Assembly (NCBI RefSeq): GCF_009914755.1
Contig: NC_060943.1
Strand: one strand, 5' to 3'
DNA length: 64,000 bases
Source of the DNA: the human T2T-CHM13v2.0 reference genome, Homo sapiens
Shown: positions 35,302 through 51,742 of the stretch, piece by piece
How the letters are laid out: the number at the start of each line of letters is the position of its first letter
Position numbering within the stretch: the first letter of the stretch is position 1
Position numbers and translations under genes: made by a program
The notes under the pieces: generated by a model
Databases searched by the model: none
What the model was told of the DNA's origin: nothing
What the model saw: only the letters and a program-made list of their open reading frames with translations

Positions 35302-37190
35302 ATTAGAGGGTGTAGTTTTAGTCATATTTACCCTTCTTGAAGTTTCAGACTTCATGAATCTGTGGCTTGATGTCTTTTTGACCAATTCTTAGCTATTATC
35401 TTTTCATATATTATTTCTATCATATTATTTCTCTCCTTTCCTTGGAATCTAATTACATATATGTTGAGCTTTCTTACTATATCCACATTATCTCTTACCC
35501 TTTCTTCTGTCTTTCCTATTCTCTTATTTTTATAATTCATTTTGGATATTTTCTCCTGGCTTAACTTCTAGCATCTTGCTATTCAGATGGTCTATGACAA
35601 TATTGGCATATCTGGGAGCTTGTTTGAAAGGCAGCATCCTAGCCCCACCAAAGCCTACTGAATCTTTGATAAAGGAATATTAAAGTCTCCTACTGTAATT
35701 GCAGATTTTGTCTATTTCTTCTTGCAGTTCTATCAGTTTATGCTTCATGTATTTTGAAGCTTTGTTATTGGGTGCATAAACACTTAGAATAGTTATTTCT
35801 TCTATCATATTTATCACTGATAAATGAAAATGATAATGATAATCCCTGTTTTTCTAAAATCTATTTAACCTGATATTAATATAACAACCCTAACTTTCTT
35901 TTGACTAAAGTTAGCATAGTATATCTTTTTCCATTCTTTTACTGTTAACCCATTTGTGTCTTTATATTTATAGTGTGTTTTTAGTAAACAGCATATAGTC
36001 AGGTCTTGCTTTTTTAGCCAATCTAGGAATCTCTGCCTTTTAATTGAGGTATATAGACCATTTACATTTAATGTCATAATTGATATGGTTAGATTTAAGT
36101 CTATTATCCTGCTACTTGTTTTTCACTTGTTCCTTCTGTTCTTTGTTCCTCTTTTTCTAACTTCTTTTACATTAATTGAATTTTTATTCCTTTTTTTGGC
36201 TTATTAGACACGACTTTTATTATTTTCATGGTTGTTTTTGAGTTTATAATACATCTTTAACATATTACAATCTACATTTAAATAATATTGTACCACTTCA
36301 CATATAGTATAAGAGTCCTACAATAGTATATTCCCATTTCTCCCATCAAGGCCTTTATGATGTTGTTGTCATACATTTTACATAAGTTTACACTACTCTG
36401 TAATATTTGCTTCTCTTATTCTGCTATGTATTTTTCTGCTGGCTCTTTCTCTTGATGCTTTGACTGTGTATGTATTTTTTTGTATGTTTTTATTTATTCC
36501 TTTTTACCCATGTGCTCATTTTTTTAGAACTTTATCCAGGCAAATTCTTGAGATTGTAGTGAAGGTGGATTCCTCTAGAAAGAGAATTTGTGTTTGTTTC
36601 TGTCTATTGCACTGGAGTACTACCAGTATGGCAATACTTTATACTAAAACTTCAGATTAAGATTTTTTTGGACCATCTAGACAGTGTGAGTTTTGGGTGC
36701 AAACTAGCATGAGAATCTGTTTGTTATGGCAAATTTTCAAGGGAGACTGAACCCTGCCCCAATCCTATACTAGCACCATTCATATTTTTTCATAAAATTC
36801 CCTGAGGATAGCAGGACTGGTTTATTTCTAGTTTGTCCTTGCTTTAAGGATATAATCTTGAAGTCTCAGCTTTATGATGGATGTCTTCCATTAGACGCTC
36901 TGTTTTGGATAGGCCCCAAGCTTTGTGTCCTGCATTCCACAGCCCAAAAGGAAATAAAACCCAACTTCAAGTTCATCTTATCTAGTAAATGTTCTCAAGG
37001 TAAAGAAGCAGCATCTATGCTCTTTTCTGAATTCCAATCTTCAGTTGATTTTTGGTTTGAGTGCTTCTTACTTTCTTGCCAGATCATTGATTCATTTAAT
37101 AATTTGTTAAAAAATTTTTTTCTTCATCTGGCATTTCTAGTTGTTTTCCACTGGGGATGTTGGCCAGGGTCCCTCATCCACTGAACTGCC
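32830..37190 (-). mobile_element. Composite antisense L1M fragments with nested L1MA 3' end (~33405-34335) and a MER5-like fragment (~35570-35665)
   Basis: ORF 35865-36077(-) 'MTLNVNGLYTSIKRQRFLDWLKKQDLTICCLLKTH' matches the L1 endonuclease; ORF 33698-34018(-) matches the ORF2 C-terminus. Confidence 0.85.
35257..35300. repeat. (GATA)11 tetranucleotide STR
   Basis: Perfect GATA array counted directly. Confidence 0.97.
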
Positions 37191-37623
37191 AATAATGGAA
37201 GTCTTTCATAGCAATGTTTCTGAGACGCCAACCAGATCACTTAATTTTACTCCTTACACATCTTTAGCAGCTCCCAACTGCTCTTGCAATCACACGGAAA
37301 CTCCTTAGCTTGACATCCGAAACTTTCTGATCTGGCCTCTGCTTGCCTCTCTAGCCTCTCTGAAAGGTCATTATGAGATACATTGTACCCTGCACTGCAT
37401 TCTCACACCTCGTTGCCTTTGTGTGCATACTCTTTTCTCTACTCCAACTTTATGGCTCAGCTTAGGTACCATTCCTCAAGGAATCTACCCACAACTCAGT
37501 CTGGGTTTATGTAGTCATGGTCTGTTCACAGACATTACCATGCTTACCCTTACTGCACTGTAAACCAACTAAGTGCTAGATCAGTCCCTACAGAAACCAC
37601 ATAGGCTAGTCCATAATAGGTGT

Positions 37624-38058
37624 TGCTCTATTTTGAAGGTTTGTCCCCTAAACCTCATGTGGAAATTTGATCCCCAGTGTTGAAGGTGGGGTAATGGAAG
37701 GTGTTTGGGTCATGGGGGCAGATTCTTCACAAATGACTTGGTGCCATCTGCGTGGCAGTGACTGAGTTCTCACTGTATTAGCTCCCATGGGAGCTGGCTG
37801 TTTAAAAGAGCCTAGGACCTCCCTCCCCCTCTCCTGTTTGTCCCCTCTCTCTTGCTTCTCTCACCGTGTGGTCTCTGCACACACTGTCTCCCCTTCCTCT
37901 TCCACTACAAGTGCAAGCAGCCTGAGGCCTCACCAGGAGCAGATGCTGGAACCGTGCTTCTTCTACAGCCTGCAGAACTGTGAACCAAAGAAACCTATTT
38001 TCTATCTCAATTACCCAGTCTCTGGTTTTCCTTTTAGCAACACAAACAGACTAAGACA
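37624..38058 (+). mobile_element. MST-type solo LTR within an L2 3' remnant (~37200-38110)
   Basis: 'aaacctcatgtggaaatttgatcccc...aacagactaagaca'; followed by an L2-type (GAAT)n end. Confidence 0.82.
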
Positions 38059-38606
38059 GATATTTAACAAATATTTCTTGAATGAATGAAGAAATGAATG
38101 AATGAATGAGCAAACCGTTATTGCCATGGTGCACATGTTACTGAGAGTTAGAGTGGACAAAGAAGAGTTTATAAAGGATAGGGGATTTGAGCCAGAAAAT
38201 TTTATAATATTTAAACTTAAAGAAGCTTCAGGTAACCTTAACTGAATACTAATTTTTAAAGAAGTTCGAAGTCTTAAAATTTCTCACCAGTCATATGTTT
38301 TGAACCTCTTCTGCAGGAAAACCTTAGTCAGTTAAATTGAAGAAGGATTGTCTTCACAGGCTGGCATCTTCCTACCAAAATTCTGAGCAGCACAGGATGC
38401 CCGTTTCTGACTTGCTTAAGAAAACAACACAGTCAGGTCAGGTCTTACCAAGCACAGCAAAAATGAAGCAAGAATTGTTGTTGGTGAATAGGGTGGAATT
38501 GGGACAAGTAGGAGGAGGTTTTACCCTTTTTCATAAATAAGGTGGTTGATTTTGTACTGGAGCTGACCTGAATATAATGCAGTTGGTAGTGTTGATCTTT
38601 ACTTAC

Positions 38607-38693
38607 ATTGGCTGCAGAGAACTGTCCTTGCTCTTTCTTTCCCCTTCCAAGACTGTCTACCAGCTGGACTTTTACCATCCAAAACAGTCCAAT
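38607..38693 (-). other. Candidate 87-nt exon (transcript unknown)
   Basis: Minus-strand acceptor gtttgtatttcag| and donor CAAT|gtaagt, in non-repeat DNA. Confidence 0.3.
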
Positions 38694-39233
38694 CTGAAAT
38701 ACAAACCCAGGACACGTGAAAACACCAACTGGGACAAGAAATCATATGCAAAGACATTAATTTTCACTTTTATTGTTCCAGCTGTTTTACTGTTAATTGA
38801 TACAACCTATTTATTCATAAATAAATGTATTCACAGCAAAAATGTGGATAATCAAACCTGATATAACCATCTGCCTAAAGATTTAAATTTCTTCAACCTT
38901 AGAAAATTCTTAAATGCAATGATTATTCAGTGGCTGGAAAGGACTCTTCTTAACTTATAGTACTTTCTGCAGTTTGGTGAAGATAAGATTTCTTAATTTG
39001 GTAATTTGGGGTAGATTAGAGTGTTTTCATAATGTCAAGCTGAAGGGTCAAAAATAATTAAGGATACAAAGTATTATTCAATTATTATGCTAATACATGT
39101 ATCTGGTGACCACTATGAAGCAAAAAAAAAAAAAAATTCCATACATTTGATGGCATTTGCAATTTTGTATATTAAAGCTTATGGTTACTATATTGCTACT
39201 TACTAAAAACCAATAGCAAATAAAGCAATATCA

Positions 39234-39639
<406 letters not shown>

Positions 39640-39644
39640 TTAAA

Positions 39645-40173
39645 TGCTCCAGTTCTGTTTGGTTGCATAACAAATTACCCCAAAATTTAGGAGATTAAAA
39701 CAGCAAACATTTGTTATCTCCTACAGGTTCTGAGGTTCAAGACCCTAGAAGCAGCTTAGCTGGGCAGTTCCAGCTCAGAGTTTCTCATGAGGTTGCACTC
39801 AAGCTGTTGCCTGGGGCTGCAGTCATCCTGAGGCTTGACTGGGGCTGGAGAATCCAATTCCGAGCTCACTCACATGCTGTTGTTATACCTCAGTTTCTCA
39901 CTGGCTGTTGGCTAGAGGCTTCTTCTCAGCATAATACTCTGCTTAGGACTGCCCACAACATGGCAACTGGCTTCCTTTGGCCTGAGCCAAGAGAGAGCCC
40001 CCAAGGTGAAACCCACAGTGTCTTCTATGAACTAATGTTGGAGGTGATACAACATCACTCCACCATATGTCATTGGTCACATGGACTAATGCCAGTACAG
40101 TATGAGAGAGGACTACACAGGGTGTGAATACTGGGAGTAGGGGTCATTAGGAACCATCTTGGAGGCTATCACA
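39645..40173 (-). mobile_element. MLT1-type MaLR LTR
   Basis: 'gcataacaaattaccccaaaatttag...aaccatcttggaggctatcaca'. Confidence 0.8.
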
Positions 40174-41836
40174 TCAAATGAATAAACACATCCTTTAGGA
40201 AACTTGTGTAGCCTATTTATCTGGTTTCCCTGAGGAATTTACCCCCAAGATACTCCTGGCCCCTTACCCCCTTCTCCCACCCTTTACTACTCAAGGGGTA
40301 CCTGGATAGTGGGTCATAGCACTGGTCCACATTTCTTGCCTGGATGGAGGTCATCTATTAAAATTTATGAGTAAAACTACCTTCTTCTCTCTGAGCTAGT
40401 TCACGACAGAAATCTTGGTTAAGTGAATCCACTTTGCAGACCAAACTTGCCTTCAGATGGAGAGTTCCAAGGTCTAAACTGGCTACAGAGAGTCAGAGAA
40501 GCCACTGGCCAGGATGTCTGGCCACTCTTTTCAATATATTGTTGTGATGGAGATGATGGAGATGATATTTAATCTCCATTCATCTGATTCTCATTTCTTC
40601 CCTTGGTTGGTTCTGAACTCAGCTAGGGAACAAAGGCATTCTTTATCAGCAACTCAGACCCCAACTAGAAGGAATGCCTTGACAGAATGAGAAAACATCA
40701 TCCAATGGCACTGGGGCATTTTATATAATTTCAGCTGACTAGATCCAATCATCAGCTTAGGAATTTCATTCATTGATTGTCCTCACTGACATGGAAGAAA
40801 TTTTTAATATATTAATTAGGCTATTTTTTTTTTTCCTGGAGGTTCAAACTCTTAAAATTGTCCTTTATTTTTGTAGTGGTGCTTTCTCCCTATGGGATGC
40901 AAAATTGGAAATGAAGCCATGGCATTGTAATGCATGCAGAGTTTTAGTTATTGGCACTCCAATTGCCACGGAATAATCAAGAGATGCAAAAGGATTGTTA
41001 CTTTCTAATGTTCAGTCACTTCTGCTTCTGTTTTTGCATAACACTGGACTCCAGCTGAACCTACCTTTGTGATCTGATTCATGGGTTCCTGTAAGATATT
41101 AATGTAATTCCTCAATTTTAAGATACATTTCCTCCCACCTCTTAATGTTTCTGGGATCAAGATGTCAAAAGAAACTTGCCAGTGCTTTCTTTCGCTATTA
41201 AAGGTAGGATGCATTCTAAAACTAGTGATGTTTTGGAATCAAAGAAATGTAAATGTAAGGCACCTGGGCTGATGGCAATCTTGCAGCTTGAACTGCCTAA
41301 GTGAGAGTTGTTCAACAATAACATTTGGTATGTTTTATCTGACGGTTTTTGATATGTAACGTGGCTGTGTCTCCTGGCAATCTTGATTGGTTTTTATTTC
41401 TAGGAGGGTTGACGGTTTCTTGGGAGATTTGGAGAATACTAAATCAAGAACTTGTCTAGCTGGATAGGCCATTCTCACAGACATGGGTGGGAAATTCACT
41501 GGAGGACACCTGATACCCTTGGTTCCTAGGCTGTCCTTAATTCCTGCAGGGGCTATCTAAAGAGTGAGCCTTTCATGTTGTGTCTCTGAGCCCTCAAACT
41601 TGACCTTACTGTACTTCCTGCTAAGTGACATGGAACCAGGACCCCCAGAGAACTGTTAGAGGGAAGAAGTTGCTTAGGATATCTAAAGCCTAGAAACACA
41701 GCCTGGAGGAGGGCCTTTGGTTGGAAGAGTGGAATATGCTGTAATATGTCTAAGAAAGCAGCAGTGAGTGATACTACCTGTGAAAGAGGATGGAAGATGA
41801 CAAGTTGCAGCCCTTAGGAATTAAGAATAGTATGTA

Positions 41837-42380
41837 TGTCAGAGGCATTTGAACCAGAGCAACTCCATCTTGAATAGGAGCTGGGTAAAATGAGGCTGAG
41901 ACCTACTGGACTGCATTCCCAGACGATTAGGCATTCTAAGGCACAGGATGAGGTGGAAGGTCGGCACAAGATACAGGTCATAAAGACCTTGCTGATAAAA
42001 CAGTTTGCAGTAAAGAAGCTGGCCAAAACCCCAAGATGGCTGCAAGAGTGACCTCTGGTCATCTTCACTGCTACACTCCCACTAGCACCACGACAGTTTA
42101 CAAATGCCATGGCAACATCAGGAAGTTACCCTATATGGTCTAAAACGGGGAGGCACGAATAATTCACTCCTTATTTAGCATATCTTCAAGAAATAATGGT
42201 AAAAATGGGCAACAGCAGCCCTCAAGGCTGCTGTATCTATGGAGTAGCCATTCTTTTATTCCTTTACTTTCTTAATAAACTTGCTTTCACTTTATTCTAT
42301 GGGCTCGCCCTGAATTCTTTTTTGTGCGAGATCCAAGAACCCTCTCTTGGGGTCTGGATTGGGACCCCTTTCTTGTAACA
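41837..42380 (+). mobile_element. MER41 solo LTR (ERV1 class)
   Basis: 'tgtcagaggcatttgaaccagagcaactccatcttg...ggacccctttcttgtaaca'; TG..CA ends and AATAAA. Confidence 0.9.
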
Positions 42381-43079
42381 CATATATGTTTGTGTATAAA
42401 ATAGGGAATGAGGTCAGCAAGCAGCTGACATTCCCAACTACACCAAGCATCACTACACCAATGCAAGAAAAAGAAAGAGTCAGAAAAGAAAAAAGGTGGG
42501 GGAGAAGATTGGATTCACCCTGGAAGAGCAGTATTCATGGCTTAATGTTGCTGGCTAGGAAATATGCTCCCCTCACTGGAAAGTATTTATATTCAAAAGA
42601 ATTTCTGCATTGGATTTATCTAGAAGCCCAGGCAGAGGTGAAGGTGAATATAAATTAGAGACAAAGAGTCTGCTATAAGCCATAACATGACCCAAGGCAG
42701 AGCAAAGGATTCACTAGCAATAAGACAGCACCACCCAGCTCAGGAAAGGGCACAGCTCCAGGCCAAATAGTCTCATGGCAATTTACAGAAGCTTTAATTT
42801 GGATGTGCAATGTAAGGGCAGTTATTCTGAGCAATTCTATTGTTGCGTGTGTAAAATGATCCCTTATGTGGCCTGTGTAGATTTATGTTATTCCTGCATA
42901 ATCAGATAGCATAAAGAAAATGCCCATTCCATCTTTTGGGGTGTTACCCACACCCAATATAAAGGTGATTCCCTACCAGCCATGTTTGTACCACATGACC
43001 AGGCTCTCTGGCCATAGCTGGCTAGATCAGGAGCAGACAAGTGTCTGGCTGAGCCAGTCTGACACTGAGAATGAGGATC

Positions 43080-44523
<1,444 letters not shown>

Positions 44524-44785
44524 TCACAACTGTACAATGGATATAGTTCCCCCATTTACTTATGCTAGCTTTAACTAGTCTATGTTACTTGCCACCAAGA
44601 GACTAAGATTCTTAACTAAGACAGGCCACAGGACTTACTATAACTTAATATACCTCACATTCTCCTTGCCTAACTTCGATCCACATGTTCCTTCCTCCCT
44701 TCCCCTTAGACCTCTCCTAGTCCAGAGTGGGTCAGCAGGATGAAAGAACGGGAGAGGCAGTGTTAATATAGAAATGGATCTTGTA

Positions 44786-45110
<325 letters not shown>

Positions 45111-45424
45111 TCAATATAAGAGAAAACTATTATGACCTTAATTCCTGCTAGCTATATTTCAGCTTCAGAGCAGTGACTTATACATGGTGGTACTACTCAA
45201 TATTTATTCAACTGAATTTAATGTGACTGAATTTAATGTCTCAAACTAATGTCCAAAGCTGAGCATCATATTTCATAGGATAGCATTAGAGGCATTCTCA
45301 GTGAATAAGGAAAGAGAAAAGAATAGTCATTATTCCTGTTATTTAATGTTGTCCCAGAAATACCATTTAGTATACTAAGCAAGGAAAAGATTTGAAATAA
45401 AATGCTTTGTAAAGTTTCAGAAGG

Positions 45425-48400
45425 ATGGAGTAGATGTACTTTTCCTTACTTCTTCAGCTAAGTACAACTTAAAACCCTTGACATTATATATAAAATGAAC
45501 AGAAGAAAACCCCGAAAGGTGGAGAGAGAAAAAATAGACTCTCTAGGGACCTCAGGACCCAAGGAACAATATAGTAATGTGTTCTTTGGATTTTGTTTTA
45601 CCTTAAATATCCTAGACATGTAGCTAAAGAACTCACAATCCAGAAACACCAAAATGCACAGACAAAAAACAAAAATGTTCCAACAAGACATCTGCTTTTT
45701 CTAGCCAAAGGACCAGGAAAGAGACAGGCTAGCAAGACAGAAAACTTTTAGACAAAAGCCGCTTTACTCCAGCCACATACCACAGAAAAAGCCTCACCCT
45801 GCCAGACCAGCAAAGGGTGAAGAAGAGCCTAGACCTCCACCACCACCAGGCTGTAATGGGGTGCCCCAAACCACCTGCCAGGGCGATGTCAAAGAAGAAC
45901 GAGTAGGGAGCTGATATTTTCATCCCCATCTGGCAGTAATGAGGCACTTCTTACTCTCCCCACTGGAGTGGTATCAGACAAGACCTAAAGAAGAGTCAAG
46001 ACTTTCACGACTGCCCAGCAGTAATGAGGCCACCTCAACCTTTCCCCCATGGTGTCAGAAGAGGTCACATGGAGAGCAGTAATGAGACACCTTTATCCCT
46101 TCCCAGCTCATGGGAAACTTGAACTCTCATCCCCAACCAACAGTAATGAGGAGTCTCTCTATCCTTGGATGTCAACAGAGGTCACATAGAAACCTGCACT
46201 TTGACCAACTTTTGGTAGTAATGAGGCAGCATCCCCTTTCTCCTGCTGGAGTGTTGTCAAAAGGGACTGTCTAAAATAGAAGGTTTAAATAAGACCCAGA
46301 TTCTCATAACATAGTACCCAAAATGTGCAGGTCTCAATCAAAAATCACTCTTATCAAGAACCAGGAAAATCTCAACTTAATGGTAAAAAGACAATACGTA
46401 GATGCCAGCACTGAGAGGACGGATGTTAAAATTATTTGACAAACCTTTTAAAGCAGCCATCATAAAATGTTTCAACAGGCAATTATGAACAAGTTTGAAA
46501 TAAATGAGAAAATAGAAAATCTCAACAAATAAATAGAAGATATAAAGAAGCAGCAAATGGAAATTTTAGAACTGAAAAATACAATAATTGAAATTTAAAA
46601 AATTCAATGGATGGTCTCAACATGAAGGGGACAGAGGAAGAGGGATACAGGAAGGAATCAGTAAACTTGAAGTTAGAACAACACAAATTACCCACTCTAA
46701 ACAATGGAGAGAAAACAGACCAAAAGAAGAAAAAAAGAAAAAAGACCAGAGACTTAGGGACTTTTGGGACCCTAACAAAGATATAACATTCATGTCATCA
46801 GACTCTCGAAAGGAGGGGAGAAAGAGGGTGAGACTAAAAAGTATTCAAATAAATAATGGCCAAAAATTCCAAATTTGGCAAATGCTATATGCCTATAAAT
46901 TCAAGAAGCTGAGCGAACACCAAACAGAATAAACTCAAAGAAATCCACACCAAGATACATAATAGTCAAACTTCTGAAAGCAAAATGCAAAGAATGTATC
47001 TTCAAAGCAGTGAGAAAGGACAACTTACCTATAGGGGAAGAACAATTTGAATGACTGCAGATTTCTCCTCAGAAACAATGGAGGTCAAAAGAAAATAACA
47101 TGACAAATTTCAAGTGCTGAAAGACAAGGACTGTCAACTCAGAATTCTATATCTAGTGAAAATATCCTTTAGGAATGAAGGGGAAATCTGGACATTTTCA
47201 GATGAGGAAAAGCTCAGAGGATGTTTTGCTAGCAGGCTAATATAAAAGAGTGGCTAAAGAAAACTCTCCAAGTAGAAATGATATGATAAAATAATGAGTC
47301 TTGGAATATCAAGAAGGAATAAAGAAAAAAGGAAAGAGTGAAAATTTGGATCAATACAGTACATTTCCCTCACCTCTTGAGTTTTCTAAATTCTGTTTGA
47401 TGGTCAAATAAGAAATTACAACATTTTCTAATGTTATAATTGAGATGAGAGTTCCAGTTCCCCACTAGTTTTAAATGTGTGTACAGGAATATTTAAGACA
47501 ATTACAAATAGGGGAGGGCAAAGGGGCATAAAAGGAGGTAAGGTTTCTATGCTTCACTTGAACTGTTAAAATGTCAACACCAGTAGTTCTGTCTATATAA
47601 TGTCTATATAATAAGTTATATCTATATAATGTAATACCTCAAGCAACCACTAAGAAAGCTACACAAAGAGACATCCTGAAAAAAAACTATAGATGAATCA
47701 AAATGAAATTCAAAAAAAATCCACAGGAATACAGGGGGAAAAAAAGAGAGAAAGAAAAAACAGAAGGAACAAACAGAAATTAAAATAGCAGACTTAAGTT
47801 CTAATATGTCAATAATTACAATTAATGTAAGTGGCCTAAACATGCCAATGAAAAGAAAGAGATCAGCAGAATGGGTTGAAAAATATGGCCCAACTATATG
47901 CTGTCTACTAGAAACTGACTTCAAGTATAATTTAGGTAGGTTGAAAGTAAAAGGACCTAAAAAGGTATATAACATGCAAACATTACTTAAAAGAAAAAAG
48001 GAATGGGTATAATCATATCAGAAAAAGTAGACTTCAGAGCAAAGAAAATAACCAGAGACAGAGAGGTACATTACCTCTCTGTTGATAAAAGGGTCAATTC
48101 ACCAAAAGGACATAGCAATCATGATTGTGTATGCACCACACAAAAGAGCTGCAAAATATGTGAAGCAAGAATTTATAGAACTGAAAGGAGAGATACAAAA
48201 ATTCCCAATTATAGTTGGAGACTTCAGCACTTCCCTCTCAACAATTGATAGAAAAACGAGACAGAAAATCAGCAAGGATATGGGAGAACTGAAAAATACA
48301 ACCAACCAACAGAACCCAGCCAACATTTACAGAACACCCAACAACAGCAGGATGCACATTCTCTTCAAGTATCCGTGGAACATATTCCAAGATAGACCAT

Positions 48401-48600
48401 ATCTTGGACCACAGAACAAACTTGAACAAATTTAAAAGAACTGAAATCTTACAGAGTATAGTTTCTGACCACGATGGGATCAAACTAGAAATTAACAGCA
48501 GAAAGATAATAGGAAAATCTTCAAACATTTGGAAACTAAACAACAAACTTCTAAATGATCAGTGGGTCAAAGAAGAAGTCTCAAGAGCAATCAGAATCCA
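45425..48600 (+). mobile_element. Ancient L1M 5' half: 5'UTR with internal repeats, ORF1 remnant, frameshifted ORF2 endonuclease
   Basis: ORFs 47806-48604: 'SIITINVSGLNMPMKRKR', 'IVYAPH', 'IIVGDFSTSLS', 'SDHDGIKLEI' match L1 APE endonuclease motifs. Confidence 0.9.
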
Positions 48601-48629
48601 CTAAAAAAACTGTTAGAACTGATAACAAA

Positions 48630-49295
<666 letters not shown>

Positions 49296-50282
49296 ACATG
49301 AAGGCAAGATAATCCTAGTCACAACTTCTGTATAGCTATAGTAACCAAGTTTGTATAGTATTTTCTATATTCTTGAATAAGTAGATGTAATATGGGAAGA
49401 AATCCATTAATCCTCAGATAAATCTGTAAATATAAAGCAATTCCAATTAAATCCTTATGGAATTCGCCTGGAAAAGAAACACCTGACTCAGGCGTGAACA
49501 TTATGCAAAATGGGGTGAGAGTCACCATAACAGATATAGACATGACTTATAAAGTTTCAATAATTAAAGTATTTTACAGAGAGAGGCCAGTGTAACAGAT
49601 TAGAAAACCTAGAATCAGGTCCAAGTGTATGTACGAATTTAGTATAAGTACATAAATGTTTTATATATTTTGACTGGTTTTCTAATTATTCATGGCAGAA
49701 GGGTAAATCGGGCCTCTTTATCTCCCTTAGGCCAGAAACAGACATCCCTGGCTGCTTTCAGAGAGTAGACTGCAGAGGGTCTAGGACATAAAGGGGAGAC
49801 CCACTCTGGGGTCTGTGGGGATCCAGGTGAGAGTTGACCATAGTTTGGAACAGGAGAGTAACAGATCTCTACAAAATGTGCTTTGATTCCAAATGAGTTT
49901 GGAAGACAAAAAAGACAGCTTGCTGATGAATTACATAGATATGGGGGTGAGAGAGAAACCATGGGTTCCAGGATGACACAGCTACTGGAAGAATAGAGGC
50001 GTCCAGTCCTGAGATGGGCAAGTCTTAGGGTGATTCAGGCCAGCACCTATTAGACATCCAAACGAAGATGTGGGGTATGCAGAAAACACAGAACATGCAG
50101 ATGAGCAGGCACATCTGTTTTTCCAACTTTCCATCATGCATTATTCTACTTTTATATGATTTTATTACCTGAAAAAGTTACTGAAAAAGCCATTGTCTAT
50201 ATTTCATTGAATTCAGAACTTCAGGATTATCCTCATTTCTCAAGTTAGCAGATTTGCCCTTTAACAGTTCAAAAGAGATTGA

Positions 50283-50610
<328 letters not shown>

Positions 50611-51039
50611 TTAGAGTCCTGGAGAAACCCTCCCCAGGAGGAAGTGGGGACCACACAGCACAGCTGACAGGCCCACACTCCCACTGAGGAAGACCCCCAC
50701 CCTCCCAAGTTTTCCTTTTTCTCCTTTTTTAAGTGCAGAACCCAAAGAGGGAGAAAGACTTTCCCTCACTCTGCTCACAAAGACAAAATGGCAGCTTAAA
50801 CATGGGAGAGACCTGGTTAGACCAAACATTCCAGACAAGGAAGTGGGTTGAATGTCATAAACATTTATTGAGCCCTTGCTACTTGCCAGGTATAGGCAAG
50901 TACAAGCTACAAATAGGAATATAACAAGGAATTTGTAATGCGGTAGGGAGAAAAATTAAAATCATGAGCAAGAAGGGGAAAGGATTTGCAACTTTATCAA
51001 ATGTGTAGCTTTTAACTATCGCCACTATCGAGAACCAAA

Positions 51040-51742
51040 ACTTTTTCATTAACAAGTTTATCTCATGCCACCCCTTTAGAGCCACATCCTAACCCTTGAT
51101 AACCACTAAGCTGTTCTGTTATTTCAAGAATGTTACAAGAATAGAATGATACCGTATGTAACCTTCTGAGATTGGATCTTTACATTTACCATAGTTCCCT
51201 TGACATCCACCCAAGTTCCAAGTTGTTGCATTAACAATGGTTTCTTTTTTAAAAAATTTCAACCTTTATTTTGGATACAGGGTACATGTGCAAGTTTGTC
51301 ACTTGGCTATATTGTGTGATGCTGAGGTTTAGGGTACAGATCCCATCACTCAAGTAGTAAATATAGTACCCAATAGGTAGTTTTTCATCCGATGCTCTAG
51401 TGGTCCCCAGTGTCTATCATTCCCATGTTTACGTCCATGTATGCTCAATGTTCAGCTCCCACTTACAAGTGAGTGCATATGGTATTTGGTTTTCTGTTCT
51501 GCATTAATTCACTTAGGATAATGGCCTCCAGGTGCATCCATGTTGCTGCAAAGGACATAATTTTGTCCTTTTTCCGGGCTGCATGGGATTCCATGGTGTA
51601 TGGATGCCATATTTTCTTTATCCAATCCACCATTGATGGGCATCTGCATTGATTCATGTCTTTGCTATTGTGAATAGCACAGGGATGAACATACGAGCAC
51701 ATGTCTCTTTGGCAGAATGCCTGTGTCTTTTAATTGCTGAGT
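51040..51742 (-). mobile_element. L1PA-type 3' end (~51255-51718) nested in an older L1M fragment
   Basis: ORF 51463-51702(-) '...CPSMVDWIKKIWH...IMSFAATWMHLEAIILS'. Confidence 0.82.

Noticed and set aside
45850-46260. CRISPR-like repeat-spacer array
   Set aside because: Primate DNA; the core is only ~10 bp, the intervening sequences resemble each other, there are no cas genes, and it lies in an L1 5'UTR.
47806-48604. Functional or domesticated endonuclease gene
   Set aside because: An L1 ORF2 endonuclease remnant broken over at least four frames.
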